Source of the DNA: Armatimonadia bacterium
GTDB lineage: Bacteria > Armatimonadota > Zipacnadia > Zipacnadales > UBA11051
DNA length: 64,000 bases
Direction of reading: 5' to 3'
NCBI GenBank assembly: GCA_039683575.1
Contig: JBDKRC010000235.1
Span: 1 to 64,000 of the forward strand
The notes below the pieces were generated by a model. That model was given only the letters and a program-made list of their open reading frames with translations, did not search any database and had not been told where the DNA came from. The position numbers were made by a program, and so were the translations under genes. Below are positions 1 through 9,557 of the stretch, one piece after another (the stretch's first letter is position 1; every line of letters starts with the position of its first letter).

Positions 1-1728
1 CAGGATGCTGAAGCCCTTGAAGCTGTCATCCCACTCCAGCACGTTGCTCTCCTGCTGGAGTTGCTGCATTCCCGCTCTGGTCACGGCTACGTCGAGGCCC
101 GTCAGAGCGGATAGGGCCTCTATAGCCTCCTCGGCGCTGCTGACGTTGAGGCTGAGTTTGCTCGCAAGCACTACCGCGCGCAGTAGTCGCCGCTGGTTCT
201 CTGACAGATGCGCCCCGTGACGTGCCTCCACCGAAGTGTAGGCATGGGTGATGGACCCCTGCGCCCCGCCCTCTTCCGAGGTCAGGAGATCCTCCTGCAG
301 ACCTTCCGACCACAGTTCTACCGGGGCGAGGCCGCAACGCGCCCCAGTCTCATCGATGTCATTGTCTTCGTGGCGCGCAAGCGCTTCGCCGAGCAACGTA
401 AGGGCGGAGCGCTCTTGCAGATGCTTGCCAGCGGCACTCAGGTAGAACAGCAGCCATGTGGAGTAGGGAGAGAGAGGCCAACAACCTCTGCGGATCACGG
501 TGTGGAACTGCCCGGGATCGTTCCACAGCCTGTAGTGTGCCGACTGCGGGTACCACTTGCCTATGTTCTCCTGCACTCGCCGCGACTGCGCGACGCTCTC
601 AGCCCCGTCCAGCCACTGAGCCAACTGCGTCGGTTGCCGTTTCTCCATCAGGCTGGCGATTAGCGTTTCCAAGTTGGTGGATAAGTACGACTTCTTGGCC
701 GACTGGTACCGGGTGACATAGCGGACTATCTCGTTGCGCAGTTCCGGTGCGACGCGCTGCACGTAGGCGTTCAGCTCGAACTGGATGAAGCCCACAAAGC
801 ATGCCTCGTCGGAGTGTGATTGCACACCCTCGAAGAGGTCCTGGAGCACACCGTTGCCGGCGATCTGGCTGCGTTCTGTCGCGAACTCGGTGTAGCGTCC
901 AAACTCGTCGAACAGGATCAGGAGACGTCCGAAGGGCCGACCTTCTCCACAATAGGTCCGCGTCACCACACCGATGAGATCGCTGACCGACTCGCCCCCC
1001 AGAGAGCGGATGGGCATTCCCAGCGCCTCGTAGAAATCGTGCACCTGCGCGTAGGTGTGCTCTTCTTGTGCTTGCAGCCTCTGAAGAACCGCGTCCCGGT
1101 CAGGCATATTGCAGCTCGCAAGCAGGTCGCCCACGATGCCGGCGTCAGACATACTGACGAGATTGGCCGCTTGGGCGAAGCGCGGCCTCAGTTCGTCTAG
1201 CGCTTCTGTGTTCAGCCCCTGCTCCCGTACCCGCTCCCCTATCTGCCGAGTGAGTTCAGATGTGAGATCGAAGCTGCGCATGCCGTTGAGGGCGACGACT
1301 AGCGCGGGCCGCAGCTGCTCGGTCAGCAATGCCTTGACCTCGGCGCCGATTGCAGCGTCAGCGGTCTGCAGACGGGACAGTACGGCTGCTGCGGTGGGCG
1401 AATCAGGGGCGGATAGCAGAGTGGCGAGAGCCAGGGCCAGATGGGATTTGCCCGTGCCATAGCCCGCAATGGCAAGCGCGAAGGGCTGAGGCTCAGCGTC
1501 GTAGCAGGCGTGGACGACGGACCGGGCGAAGGTTGCGGTGTCCTGCAGCAGGTGGCCATGCTCGAGCCCAACGTCTCCCTGACTGACACCGTGGTATGTG
1601 GGGCCATGGAAGATGAATGCCTCCGCAGCCGCAGTACTCAACCGTTGGTCCGTCGTGAACCAGTCTAGGCTGACCGCGCCATCGAAGAGGCGGTCGCCGC
1701 GGAACGTCACCACATCCCCCAGTCGCAT
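1..1728 (-). CDS. P-loop ATPase, SspC/BrxC-like (second copy); C-terminus runs off the left edge
   Basis: Absent from the ORF track, consistent with no stop in the window. Hand translation from ATG 1728: MRLGDVVTFRGDRLFDGAVSLDWF...FIFHGPTYHGV...; Walker A AGYGTGKS; Walker B LLILFDEFGRY in the same frame. Follows the DUF4007-like gene by 14 nt. Confidence 0.8.
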   Translation of the reverse strand, partial: MRLGDVVTFRGDRLFDGAVSLDWFTTDQRLSTAAAEAFIFHGPTYHGVSQGDVGLEHGHLLQDTATFARSVVHACYDAEPQPFALAIAGYGTGKSHLALALATLLSAPDSPTAAAVLSRLQTADAAIGAEVKALLTEQLRPALVVALNGMRSFDLTSELTRQIGERVREQGLNTEALDELRPRFAQAANLVSMSDAGIVGDLLASCNMPDRDAVLQRLQAQEEHTYAQVHDFYEALGMPIRSLGGESVSDLIGVVTRTYCGEGRPFGRLLILFDEFGRYTEFATERSQIAGNGVLQDLFEGVQSHSDEACFVGFIQFELNAYVQRVAPELRNEIVRYVTRYQSAKKSYLSTNLETLIASLMEKRQPTQLAQWLDGAESVAQSRRVQENIGKWYPQSAHYRLWNDPGQFHTVIRRGCWPLSPYSTWLLFYLSAAGKHLQERSALTLLGEALARHEDNDIDETGARCGLAPVELWSEGLQEDLLTSEEGGAQGSITHAYTSVEARHGAHLSENQRRLLRAVVLASKLSLNVSSAEEAIEALSALTGLDVAVTRAGMQQLQQESNVLEWDDSFKGFSIL

Positions 1729-1742
1729 GATCCCGCACCTCG

Positions 1743-2573
1743 CTAGATCAGATCGTCGAATACGTGTCTCCAGCCCTCATCGCACGACGCGGCACGGCGG
1801 ACTATCCAGGGCTCCATGTGGCGGTCGACTGTGATGAGCCCCTTGCGCTCGGTCAGCAGGAGTACCTTCTGTGCGTCGCGGCTCTCCCAACCCGGTACGG
1901 CGCACCAGCCGCCCACGGTATCGAGTTCAGTCACAGTGACCTCGGGCCGATTGGGAAAGTGGTCGACCATGACCTGGAGGAGCCAGGCGCCGTAGCCAGG
2001 TGCGAACTCATCTGCGACAGGGGCCGACTTGCGCAGAACCAGGCCTGCCGTCTCCCGCAGCACCCCAGCAGTCGCGAATGCCGCATCATCCTCATACATC
2101 CTTACGAGCGGCCCCACGAGGTTACCGCGGGCTCCGGTGTAGACCAGTGCCAGACGCTCTTCCAGGGCGCTCCGGGGGAACTCCATGCCCAACGCGGTGC
2201 CGCCCGCAACGAAGACCTGGTACCACACGTCGGCCCCACGGAGCGGGCCACAGAGGTGAAAATGCGCAAGCCACTGTGTCACGGCTTCTTTTAGATATGG
2301 GTCTTCAAGAAGCACCGTACGGCCAAAAGGAGTAAGCTCCGGCCGCTTCACCGCGGAGGCTGGTCCCGACAGCGATATCAGGCCCATGCCTCGAGCGTAG
2401 TCAATGATGGCTGGAACCTTGCCGCTGGACTCGCCCATGGGGATTCCGGTCTCGGCGGCGATCTGCTGATATGTACCCGCGGCTCCCGAGGCAGCATAAC
2501 GCAAGAGCGCATTCAGGAAATGCCTCTCCGGTATGAAGGTCTTGTGGAAGTTGCGTGGCAGGCGATCAGGCAT
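1743..2573 (-). CDS. DUF4007 (SspB-like) protein, second divergent copy
   Basis: N-terminal NFHKTF and LLEDPYLKEAVTQWLAHFHL parallel GHQTF and WDPFLEDDASLWLIHW in the 19.7-kb DUF4007 gene; overlaps the upstream stop by 8 nt. Confidence 0.7.
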   Translation of the reverse strand: MPDRLPRNFHKTFIPERHFLNALLRYAASGAAGTYQQIAAETGIPMGESSGKVPAIIDYARGMGLISLSGPASAVKRPELTPFGRTVLLEDPYLKEAVTQWLAHFHLCGPLRGADVWYQVFVAGGTALGMEFPRSALEERLALVYTGARGNLVGPLVRMYEDDAAFATAGVLRETAGLVLRKSAPVADEFAPGYGAWLLQVMVDHFPNRPEVTVTELDTVGGWCAVPGWESRDAQKVLLLTERKGLITVDRHMEPWIVRRAASCDEGWRHVFDDLI

Positions 2574-5500
2574 CTGCGATCCGCTCCCCCAGTGGGGTAA
2601 CCCGCGTGTGGAATGCCTTGGTCTCCAGAGCGCCGGTAAGGGTGTTGAGGCTGGGACCTACGGAGTAGCATTCACCCTTCTGTAGGCGGGCCAGTTTCGC
2701 CGCCCAGTCTTCGGCCTTACCTCCGATGGACCCGGCGATGATTCCGGCGTAGGTGCCAATCTCTGTGTCCACGGGGCGGAAGAAGAGTTTGTGTTCGGCA
2801 TTGAAGAGGCGGTCCCTCTCGTCCTTGCTCAGGTTGCTCAGGTTCTGGGTGGCCAGAATCAGCGAGAAGCCAAACTTCCGACCTTCACGCAGTAGTTGTG
2901 CGAGCGGACTGTCCTCGCGATGGTCGAGGTTCTGCACCTCGTCAAGCACCAAGACACGCGGCACATCCTTCGTGCCACGGCCCCGATAGAACCAGTAGAG
3001 GTCAATGAGTGCAAACTCGGTGATGAGCCGCGAGGTATCGCGCAGGAAGCCCGCCAACTGCAGCACATGACACCTGTGCTCCGGGTCAGTGAACAGGCGC
3101 TCCCAGCTCTCGGGCTGCTCCTGGCCGAACGGGTTCTGGTCGAGGAACGGCCGGATCTTGCTGAGCACACTGCCAGCCGCCTGCCCGGCGGTGCCTCCCT
3201 GTTCAGCGAGTGCCTCCAGCAGGCCAGCAAGATCGCTGAGCGTCATCCCGGTGGGTCCTGCCGATTGTATGCCGGTTAGCACAGCCTGGTACAGTGCCGC
3301 AGTTTGCTGCTCGCCCATCTGGTACACGCCGGCGAACACTCCAGCCACACGCGACGCCGTGTTAATGGGCGATTCCGGAAGCTCCATCTGGCCGATCAGG
3401 TTGGCCTGCTGACGGAAGGGGTTCAGGGGCAGGGGGCTCAGCCGAACGATATGCTGCGTTGGGTGCATCCTGCTCACGAAGTGAGGGTCGAGTTGGTGGT
3501 CAAAGAAGCCGTCGGTGTAGTCCACGATCAGCGAGCTCTGGCCGCTCTGGCCGAGCCCCTGCAGCAGGCACTGGATCGCGTAGGTCTTGCCCATACCAGA
3601 CGCGCCAAAGACGAGGAGATGACGGTTGGCGAGTTCCTCATGACCGAACTCCCAGTAGACTTCGCGTGCTCCATTGACCGACGTGCCGATAAGGATCCGC
3701 TCAGGGACCGATATGGCGACAGGCGCAGCCTCCGGCTGATCTGGCACCGTGGGAACCGCAGCTACAGGTGTTTCCTGGGGCGACGGGGCCTCTATGGGCT
3801 CGGCCTGCCACGTCGATGGTGGTATGACCGGGGCCGCTGCTGTCTGCTCGTCCAGCTCGTCCGCGGTCTCGTCTTCGTCCATCTCGGAGTCCTCGTGGCG
3901 CGCGGCGCGGAAACATAGAGAGCCTCCAAACTCCGCCGCAAGACCGTGCCCCGGCTGACAGATCTTGGGCACAGCGGCGTTGCTGACCGACACCACTCCG
4001 AGCGGCATCTGCTGGCCGAGAATCGAATGGTTCCACTCATCTCCCCAGTCGATGTCCTCCCCTGGCCGGTCAGTCCAGAAGCACACCACGGCTCCTCCCC
4101 AGCAGATATCGTAGTCTCCATCTGTCAGCCGCTCAAGTGCGGCCAGAACGCTCTCACGATTCTCCTGTTGCACGAGGCCCTTGCTGGCGACTAGGCGCTG
4201 CAGTTGCAGCCACCAGTAACGCTGGTCCGGACGTGCATCATCGCCTCCGGCCGCGTCTTCACAACAGGGCAGGAACACCTCGACGAGATGGTCTAGGCCA
4301 TTCTCGAGTTGTAGCCGCGCCTCGTCCAGATAGTAGTCCGGCTGGCGGGCGAGCTTGCACTCAAAGAGCCGCGCGTTGAGCTGCAGCCGTCCGTCCTCAC
4401 TCCGGAGAACCACTAACCAGAGAAGGTCGGGGCGCGTAGAGGTAAGTGAAGTGTCGAACCAATGTTGGTATGCGTCAAGGGAGATCAGCTGGTCGCAGAT
4501 GGCGTCCGCTGGCGCATGTAGGAGCTTCCTAGTCAGGGCGTATGCCATAAAGTCGTGAATGTGCTGTCCGAGCCCCGTAGCTCGTACCAGCGACAGGCCG
4601 GACAACTGCTGGGCTTCTCGCAGCACGCTCTCGGCCACCGTGTCGTAGGTGGCTGCGTCCCAGCCGCCGTAGAGATCCCTGATGGCCGGCTTGAGTCGGC
4701 GCAGAATGTCACTCAGCCGGAACTGCTCGGTTGAGACAGTGTAGTTTGCTTCTCCGTGGGAGCCGACCCCGGATCCGAACCCGATGATCTCGCGCACGGC
4801 GGCGCCGGAGGCGGCGTCCCCATCTCCCGCCCTACAGGACAGCAAGCGCTCGTCCACGCATGGGTCAATGCAGACGACCCAGTCGGCTCTCTGATGTAGC
4901 CCGTCAACCACTGTCTGCCACGGCGCATAGTCTCCGCTACCCATCACCAGGTGATGGGCCTCGGGTACCGCATCGGGATGGCGCAACCGCGCCATGATCT
5001 CCGTGTACTCGCTACCTAGCAGGAACTGGCGGTTACTGAGCACCCGCTCGCGACGCAGCATCTGTCCCGGGTCACGACTGGCACAGAAGGGCTTCTCTAG
5101 CACGGGGAACTTGAGCGTCCTCTTGAGCGCGTAGTACTCGGGGACCGTCTCGAACCTGCCGCCCTCGTCACCAGCGGCCATGAAGCCGTTCAGGATAACG
5201 ACGTCGACATCCAGGCTGGCAAGCAGCGGCAGGAACTGTTGCTCCCGCTCTCGTCTCTTCTGCCCATCGCTTCGCGCCGTCGCCAGCAGGCGGTGTGCCG
5301 CGGAAAGCTCGACACTCCGGTAGTGTTTCAGCGAGGCCTGGCTTTCGGCCGCTTCCCAACGGGCCCGCCACTCGCTGAGCCACGTTTTCACTTCGCCTTC
5401 GTCACCGGACTCGCTGAGGATGGTCACAGACAGGGCATAGGGTGCCCTCCCCGGATCGCGCTTGTCGCACACCTCGCGCAGGTAGCCGTCGAGTGCCGCG

Positions 5501-7875
5501 ATGAGTGGCTGCACGTCGCGGTTCTGGTACACCGCAAGGCTCAGGCCGTCATCGGCTTGTGGGTGCAGCTCCCGGTAGTCGCTCAGGATTCGCCTGATGA
5601 GAGTTGCCTCCCGGCTCTCACGAAACAGCTCGGCATCAGGGATGTCCTCCTCCTCGAAGGCGTCATAGCGCAGCAGCAAGCGGGTCGTCAGGCTGGCCTC
5701 ACCAGGCTCTACGCACCCCAGCCGGTGCACAAACCCTTCGCCGCTCACGCTCGTGTCAAGCTTGCAGTCCTGGTTCACCAGCAGGCCGCAGAGCGGCGTG
5801 TACAGGGAAGCCAGATCGAGGTAGTTGCCCCAGACGATGTTGCGGAAGGATCGTGTGCCTGGAGCCCGCAACTCCCGGGCCGCCAGCCGGGGGAAATACA
5901 CTCGCAGGTACTGGGCCTGCGCCTGGATCATCTCCAACAGCGCTGGATGAAGCAGCGTGACAATCGCGGAGGGTTCGAAACGCTCCCAGAACCACTCGTT
6001 GTCGTCGCGTTTGCGGTCGGCGATGAGGAGGAACGCGCGGAAGAGGAGCGGCCCGAGGAAGCTATGGCGCCCGGTCTCGTCGTGCAGGTAGTAGCGGGCC
6101 GCCTCGCGGTATGCATGGCTCAGAGGCTGCCAGGCGTCCAGCAGGGCCGCGTGGAGCCCGTGGTCACGCGCGTGCATCAGGAACTGCACGTACTGGCGCC
6201 CCAGCTCCTCGATCCGCCACAGCAGAGGGTCACTGGCGGGAAGGCCCGGAGCGTCGAGGAGGTTCAGAACGCGGCTGTCAGGGCTCTCCAGGCCCTGCTG
6301 CAGCACGCGGGTCGTCTCCTCCGCGTCCTTGGCCAGCATAAGCTCTTCGTAGTATGGCACCGTGAAGACAGGCACGTGGCACACCAGCGGATCCGCCATT
6401 GCTCCCGCCGCCCATTCCAGCATCTCGTCTGCGATGCGGTAGGGATGGATCGCCGGGAGGCGCCAGGCGAACTGCCGCTCCACCGGCTTGCCCAGTCCAT
6501 CCCCATCGATGCTGACAGAGAAAACGAGCGAAGGCTCGGCGCTTCCCGCTGGCACACACCTGACCCAATCGCCGGTCAGCGCCACCTCCAGAGCCACCCC
6601 CCGGTCATCTCCCACCAGGTTGCTTAGCTCCAGACCGTCACGCAGCCATTCCTCGACACCGCCGAGGAAGCGGGCCAGCATCTGCCCTGCGTTCCACTCC
6701 TGGTCCTTCTTGGTGTCTCCCCCCAGGTCGTGCTTGAACTCGCTTGTGCGGATGCTAAGGCTCACCAGTGCTTCATGCGGCACAAGCCCTGCGCCTGCAG
6801 CCTCAGCCTTGTAGCTCTCCAGGGTCCGCCAGAGGCCCGTCAGCAGAACGTCGAGTGGGCCCCCGCTAAGCTTGCTCACCGTGTCGCGAGTCCTGGGCTT
6901 GCGGGGGCCCTTGAACCCGAGAATCTCATCGCGGATCGCCACGTAGTCGCAGCCCAGCAGGCGACCACGCAGTTCCGCACGGTTGCTCTGCGCGTACTCC
7001 TGAACTGCCTGCACGAACTGCCGGTTGTCCGCGAAGTCGCCCTTGGCGTCGGGAGAGAACCAGTCCTGTTCCGGCTGGTTCCCTTTCTCCTGGAGAAACG
7101 CGTCGATGGCTCTGAGTGCCTTGTCGCGAGGGCGTGCCTCCATGAAAGCATCGTAGGAGTAGAAACCGACTGCGTCATCGAGATATGGGCCGAAAGAGAC
7201 GTGGCTGCCGAAGCGGTAGCCTGTGAAATGTGGCAGCCTGTGCAGACCGAGCGAGCGTAGCAGTAGTCTCTCAGCGTCACGACCATCCTGGCAGGCCGCC
7301 AGGTCCATCGTCTCCAGCAGGCTGCTAACTTGCAGAATGTCTGCCAGTCCCCGATCTACCAAAGGCTTGAGTACCTCGTCGAAACGCTGGTACGTGTCCG
7401 TCTCGTAGGCGATATGCGCGCCGGTCAGAACCTCCCGCACCCAGGGCGTGAAGCTGCCCTCCATTTCCTGCCCCCACACCACCTCCGGGCCGCAGTGGTG
7501 AAAGTCTGCGAGGCCGCTGCGGTCGGTTATCAGGTCCACCCCCACCAGGACGGTCAAGGGACCTAGTCCGTTGCGGACCGCCGTCAGGCTGCCCTGGTAC
7601 TCACACCATTCATCTCGCTCCTCGATCCGCGCCGCTGCGCTTCGCTCGGCTTCTCGAACCGGCTGCCCCCACTGCTTCCGCAGCTCTCTGGCTATCTTGA
7701 ACAACGGCCGTGGGAGCCCTGGGCCTGCCAGCCACTCGTCCTCCAGCAGCCGGCCGACTTCCAGTGTGGCCTCGGCGGGCAACGCCGGAATGACCACCAG
7801 GACAGCGTCATCCGTTGCCTGTCCGGCGGCCTGATCGCGGATGTAGCGGCATACCGAACGCGCGAAGAGCTTCAT
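2566..7875 (-). CDS. 1769-aa SspH/DptH(DndH)-like protein with C-terminal HerA/VirB4-type ATPase
   Basis: NRHLLVFGASGMGKT (Walker A), VLVLDEVQNL (Walker B), LREGRKFGFSLILATQ; PD-(D/E)xK-like RPDLLW...FECK before the ATPase; ATGA overlap with the previous gene. Confidence 0.8.
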   Translation of the reverse strand: MKLFARSVCRYIRDQAAGQATDDAVLVVIPALPAEATLEVGRLLEDEWLAGPGLPRPLFKIARELRKQWGQPVREAERSAAARIEERDEWCEYQGSLTAVRNGLGPLTVLVGVDLITDRSGLADFHHCGPEVVWGQEMEGSFTPWVREVLTGAHIAYETDTYQRFDEVLKPLVDRGLADILQVSSLLETMDLAACQDGRDAERLLLRSLGLHRLPHFTGYRFGSHVSFGPYLDDAVGFYSYDAFMEARPRDKALRAIDAFLQEKGNQPEQDWFSPDAKGDFADNRQFVQAVQEYAQSNRAELRGRLLGCDYVAIRDEILGFKGPRKPRTRDTVSKLSGGPLDVLLTGLWRTLESYKAEAAGAGLVPHEALVSLSIRTSEFKHDLGGDTKKDQEWNAGQMLARFLGGVEEWLRDGLELSNLVGDDRGVALEVALTGDWVRCVPAGSAEPSLVFSVSIDGDGLGKPVERQFAWRLPAIHPYRIADEMLEWAAGAMADPLVCHVPVFTVPYYEELMLAKDAEETTRVLQQGLESPDSRVLNLLDAPGLPASDPLLWRIEELGRQYVQFLMHARDHGLHAALLDAWQPLSHAYREAARYYLHDETGRHSFLGPLLFRAFLLIADRKRDDNEWFWERFEPSAIVTLLHPALLEMIQAQAQYLRVYFPRLAARELRAPGTRSFRNIVWGNYLDLASLYTPLCGLLVNQDCKLDTSVSGEGFVHRLGCVEPGEASLTTRLLLRYDAFEEEDIPDAELFRESREATLIRRILSDYRELHPQADDGLSLAVYQNRDVQPLIAALDGYLREVCDKRDPGRAPYALSVTILSESGDEGEVKTWLSEWRARWEAAESQASLKHYRSVELSAAHRLLATARSDGQKRREREQQFLPLLASLDVDVVILNGFMAAGDEGGRFETVPEYYALKRTLKFPVLEKPFCASRDPGQMLRRERVLSNRQFLLGSEYTEIMARLRHPDAVPEAHHLVMGSGDYAPWQTVVDGLHQRADWVVCIDPCVDERLLSCRAGDGDAASGAAVREIIGFGSGVGSHGEANYTVSTEQFRLSDILRRLKPAIRDLYGGWDAATYDTVAESVLREAQQLSGLSLVRATGLGQHIHDFMAYALTRKLLHAPADAICDQLISLDAYQHWFDTSLTSTRPDLLWLVVLRSEDGRLQLNARLFECKLARQPDYYLDEARLQLENGLDHLVEVFLPCCEDAAGGDDARPDQRYWWLQLQRLVASKGLVQQENRESVLAALERLTDGDYDICWGGAVVCFWTDRPGEDIDWGDEWNHSILGQQMPLGVVSVSNAAVPKICQPGHGLAAEFGGSLCFRAARHEDSEMDEDETADELDEQTAAAPVIPPSTWQAEPIEAPSPQETPVAAVPTVPDQPEAAPVAISVPERILIGTSVNGAREVYWEFGHEELANRHLLVFGASGMGKTYAIQCLLQGLGQSGQSSLIVDYTDGFFDHQLDPHFVSRMHPTQHIVRLSPLPLNPFRQQANLIGQMELPESPINTASRVAGVFAGVYQMGEQQTAALYQAVLTGIQSAGPTGMTLSDLAGLLEALAEQGGTAGQAAGSVLSKIRPFLDQNPFGQEQPESWERLFTDPEHRCHVLQLAGFLRDTSRLITEFALIDLYWFYRGRGTKDVPRVLVLDEVQNLDHREDSPLAQLLREGRKFGFSLILATQNLSNLSKDERDRLFNAEHKLFFRPVDTEIGTYAGIIAGSIGGKAEDWAAKLARLQKGECYSVGPSLNTLTGALETKAFHTRVTPLGERIADA

Positions 7876-9557
7876 GCTTGCCTCTCAGCTTCCACAAAAG
7901 GGTTCTGGACCAAGGAGTCGGCGTCAGACAGCCGCACGAGGAAGCCTGCCGCCTCCAGCATGCTCATGAACCAGGCCTCGGCCTCCCCGCCGAGGGTCAG
8001 CAGACAGGTTCTGCCACACCAGGCACTGGACGCACCCAACCGCCGGTCATCGACCGCGAGACCGTAGTGAGCGAACATCAGGTCCTTGAAACCCTCGTAG
8101 GTCACGCGCTTCCCGGGTGGCAGCAGTGACAGGACTAGGTAGCGCAGCAGATGCTCGTTGAGAACGAACCGGGCGCCAGGGCCCTGGCGGGGCACGATCA
8201 GCCCCAATCGCTTGGCCACCGATAGGAAGAGCTTGTGCCCATAGCGCGTGTCTGCCTCCGGGTACAGATCGTTGGCCTGCTTACCGTTTGCTTCGACGGC
8301 ATACTTCCGTCTGGCCACGGCCTCCTCGATCTCGGGATGGCGCAGCGCCTCCCGGATGAGGCGCTGTAGCCGGCTGACACAGCGCTGCGAGATGCGTTTG
8401 GCGGGCGTGGAGTCGCCGCTCGCGTCGGAGAGCGCCCACACGAACCCCAGTGGTCCAGCATACTCCCGCACCTCCGCGGCCCACTCGACATAGCGGGCGC
8501 TCTGAGCGCACAGGCTGCGCAGGAGTTGGAGGGCGCAGGCTGTCTGCATCAACTCGAGCCGCTCGATAGGGTCGACGGCCGCTGCGCAGACGTGCACCAG
8601 TTCCAGTGCAAACAGCCACCCCTCGGGCCAGCCCTCGCTCGGGCACCAGCCGCAGTCGCTGAAACGGGGCTGCCCCCCGTCGTCACAATCGGTCTGCTGC
8701 GATGTCTCCGGCTCAATAACCTGATCAATGAAGCGTGCCAGTGCTCCAACACCCTCCGGACACTGACCGGTCAGTACCCGCCGCAGGCCTACCTCCAGGG
8801 CATCGCGCACTCGCTCAGGCGAGCGTTCGTCTTCGCCGAACCCGATGTCCGCTTCTTCACACCAGCCGCGGATCTGTTCAGGGCTCTGGCGCAGCGCGTT
8901 GCAGAGCTGCAGGTACAGCACCTCGCCACCGCGCGCCACGAAGCGATGCCGTCCGACTGTGAAGAACTGGGGCATCTTCTCCGCCACTTCCGCCCACGTC
9001 GTCACCCCCCTGCGCCGAGCCTCTGTCTCGTTCCATATGGTGTCACCGGCAAGTACTTCGGGGCAGATCGGCGTGAACGCCTGAGCACACCACGTCCGCC
9101 GCCCTCCTATAGCCTGGAACCCAAGGAAGAGGTTCTCCAGCGTCTGGACTACCTCGCGCGGTGAAACGCCCTCGGGCGGCCTCAGTCTCTCTGGACTCTG
9201 TAGCTCAGCCAGCAAGCTGATGTAATGCTCTCTGTGGCTGCTGTGGCGGCTCGCAAGCTTCGATGCCCCCATAAACGCGAACAGCTTCAGGTTGAGACGC
9301 GCTCGCGGGCTGTATCGCAACGGCTGGCCCTCGGGCCAATCGCATAGACTGTCCAACCCCGGTATTGTCCTGTCGACTGGCAGAGAGGTGTTTCCGATCC
9401 GCTTTGGTGAGGCGGCAACCAGCAGCAGCTCGATCAGCAGCTCCGGAACCGTCTGGTCCGCGAAAAAGCGCCGCCCGAACAACTGAACGGCGGGGTTGGC
9501 GTCCTGGCCCTCAGCCGACAGTATGTCGAGTGGGATGCTCGGGAAGGGCGTAGGCAT
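7872..9557 (-). CDS. SspG/DptG-like defence-associated protein
   Basis: Start MPTPFP at 9557 (TGATG overlap with the upstream stop); sits between the F-like and H-like genes; C-terminal LEAAGFLVRLSDADSLVQNPF resembles DptG-type tails. Call is largely positional. Confidence 0.6.
   Translation of the reverse strand: MPTPFPSIPLDILSAEGQDANPAVQLFGRRFFADQTVPELLIELLLVAASPKRIGNTSLPVDRTIPGLDSLCDWPEGQPLRYSPRARLNLKLFAFMGASKLASRHSSHREHYISLLAELQSPERLRPPEGVSPREVVQTLENLFLGFQAIGGRRTWCAQAFTPICPEVLAGDTIWNETEARRRGVTTWAEVAEKMPQFFTVGRHRFVARGGEVLYLQLCNALRQSPEQIRGWCEEADIGFGEDERSPERVRDALEVGLRRVLTGQCPEGVGALARFIDQVIEPETSQQTDCDDGGQPRFSDCGWCPSEGWPEGWLFALELVHVCAAAVDPIERLELMQTACALQLLRSLCAQSARYVEWAAEVREYAGPLGFVWALSDASGDSTPAKRISQRCVSRLQRLIREALRHPEIEEAVARRKYAVEANGKQANDLYPEADTRYGHKLFLSVAKRLGLIVPRQGPGARFVLNEHLLRYLVLSLLPPGKRVTYEGFKDLMFAHYGLAVDDRRLGASSAWCGRTCLLTLGGEAEAWFMSMLEAAGFLVRLSDADSLVQNPFVEAERQA

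Noticed and set aside
5239-6627. 462-aa plus-strand ORF and other long ORFs opposite the defence operon
   Set aside because: Lie wholly antisense to motif-bearing genes.
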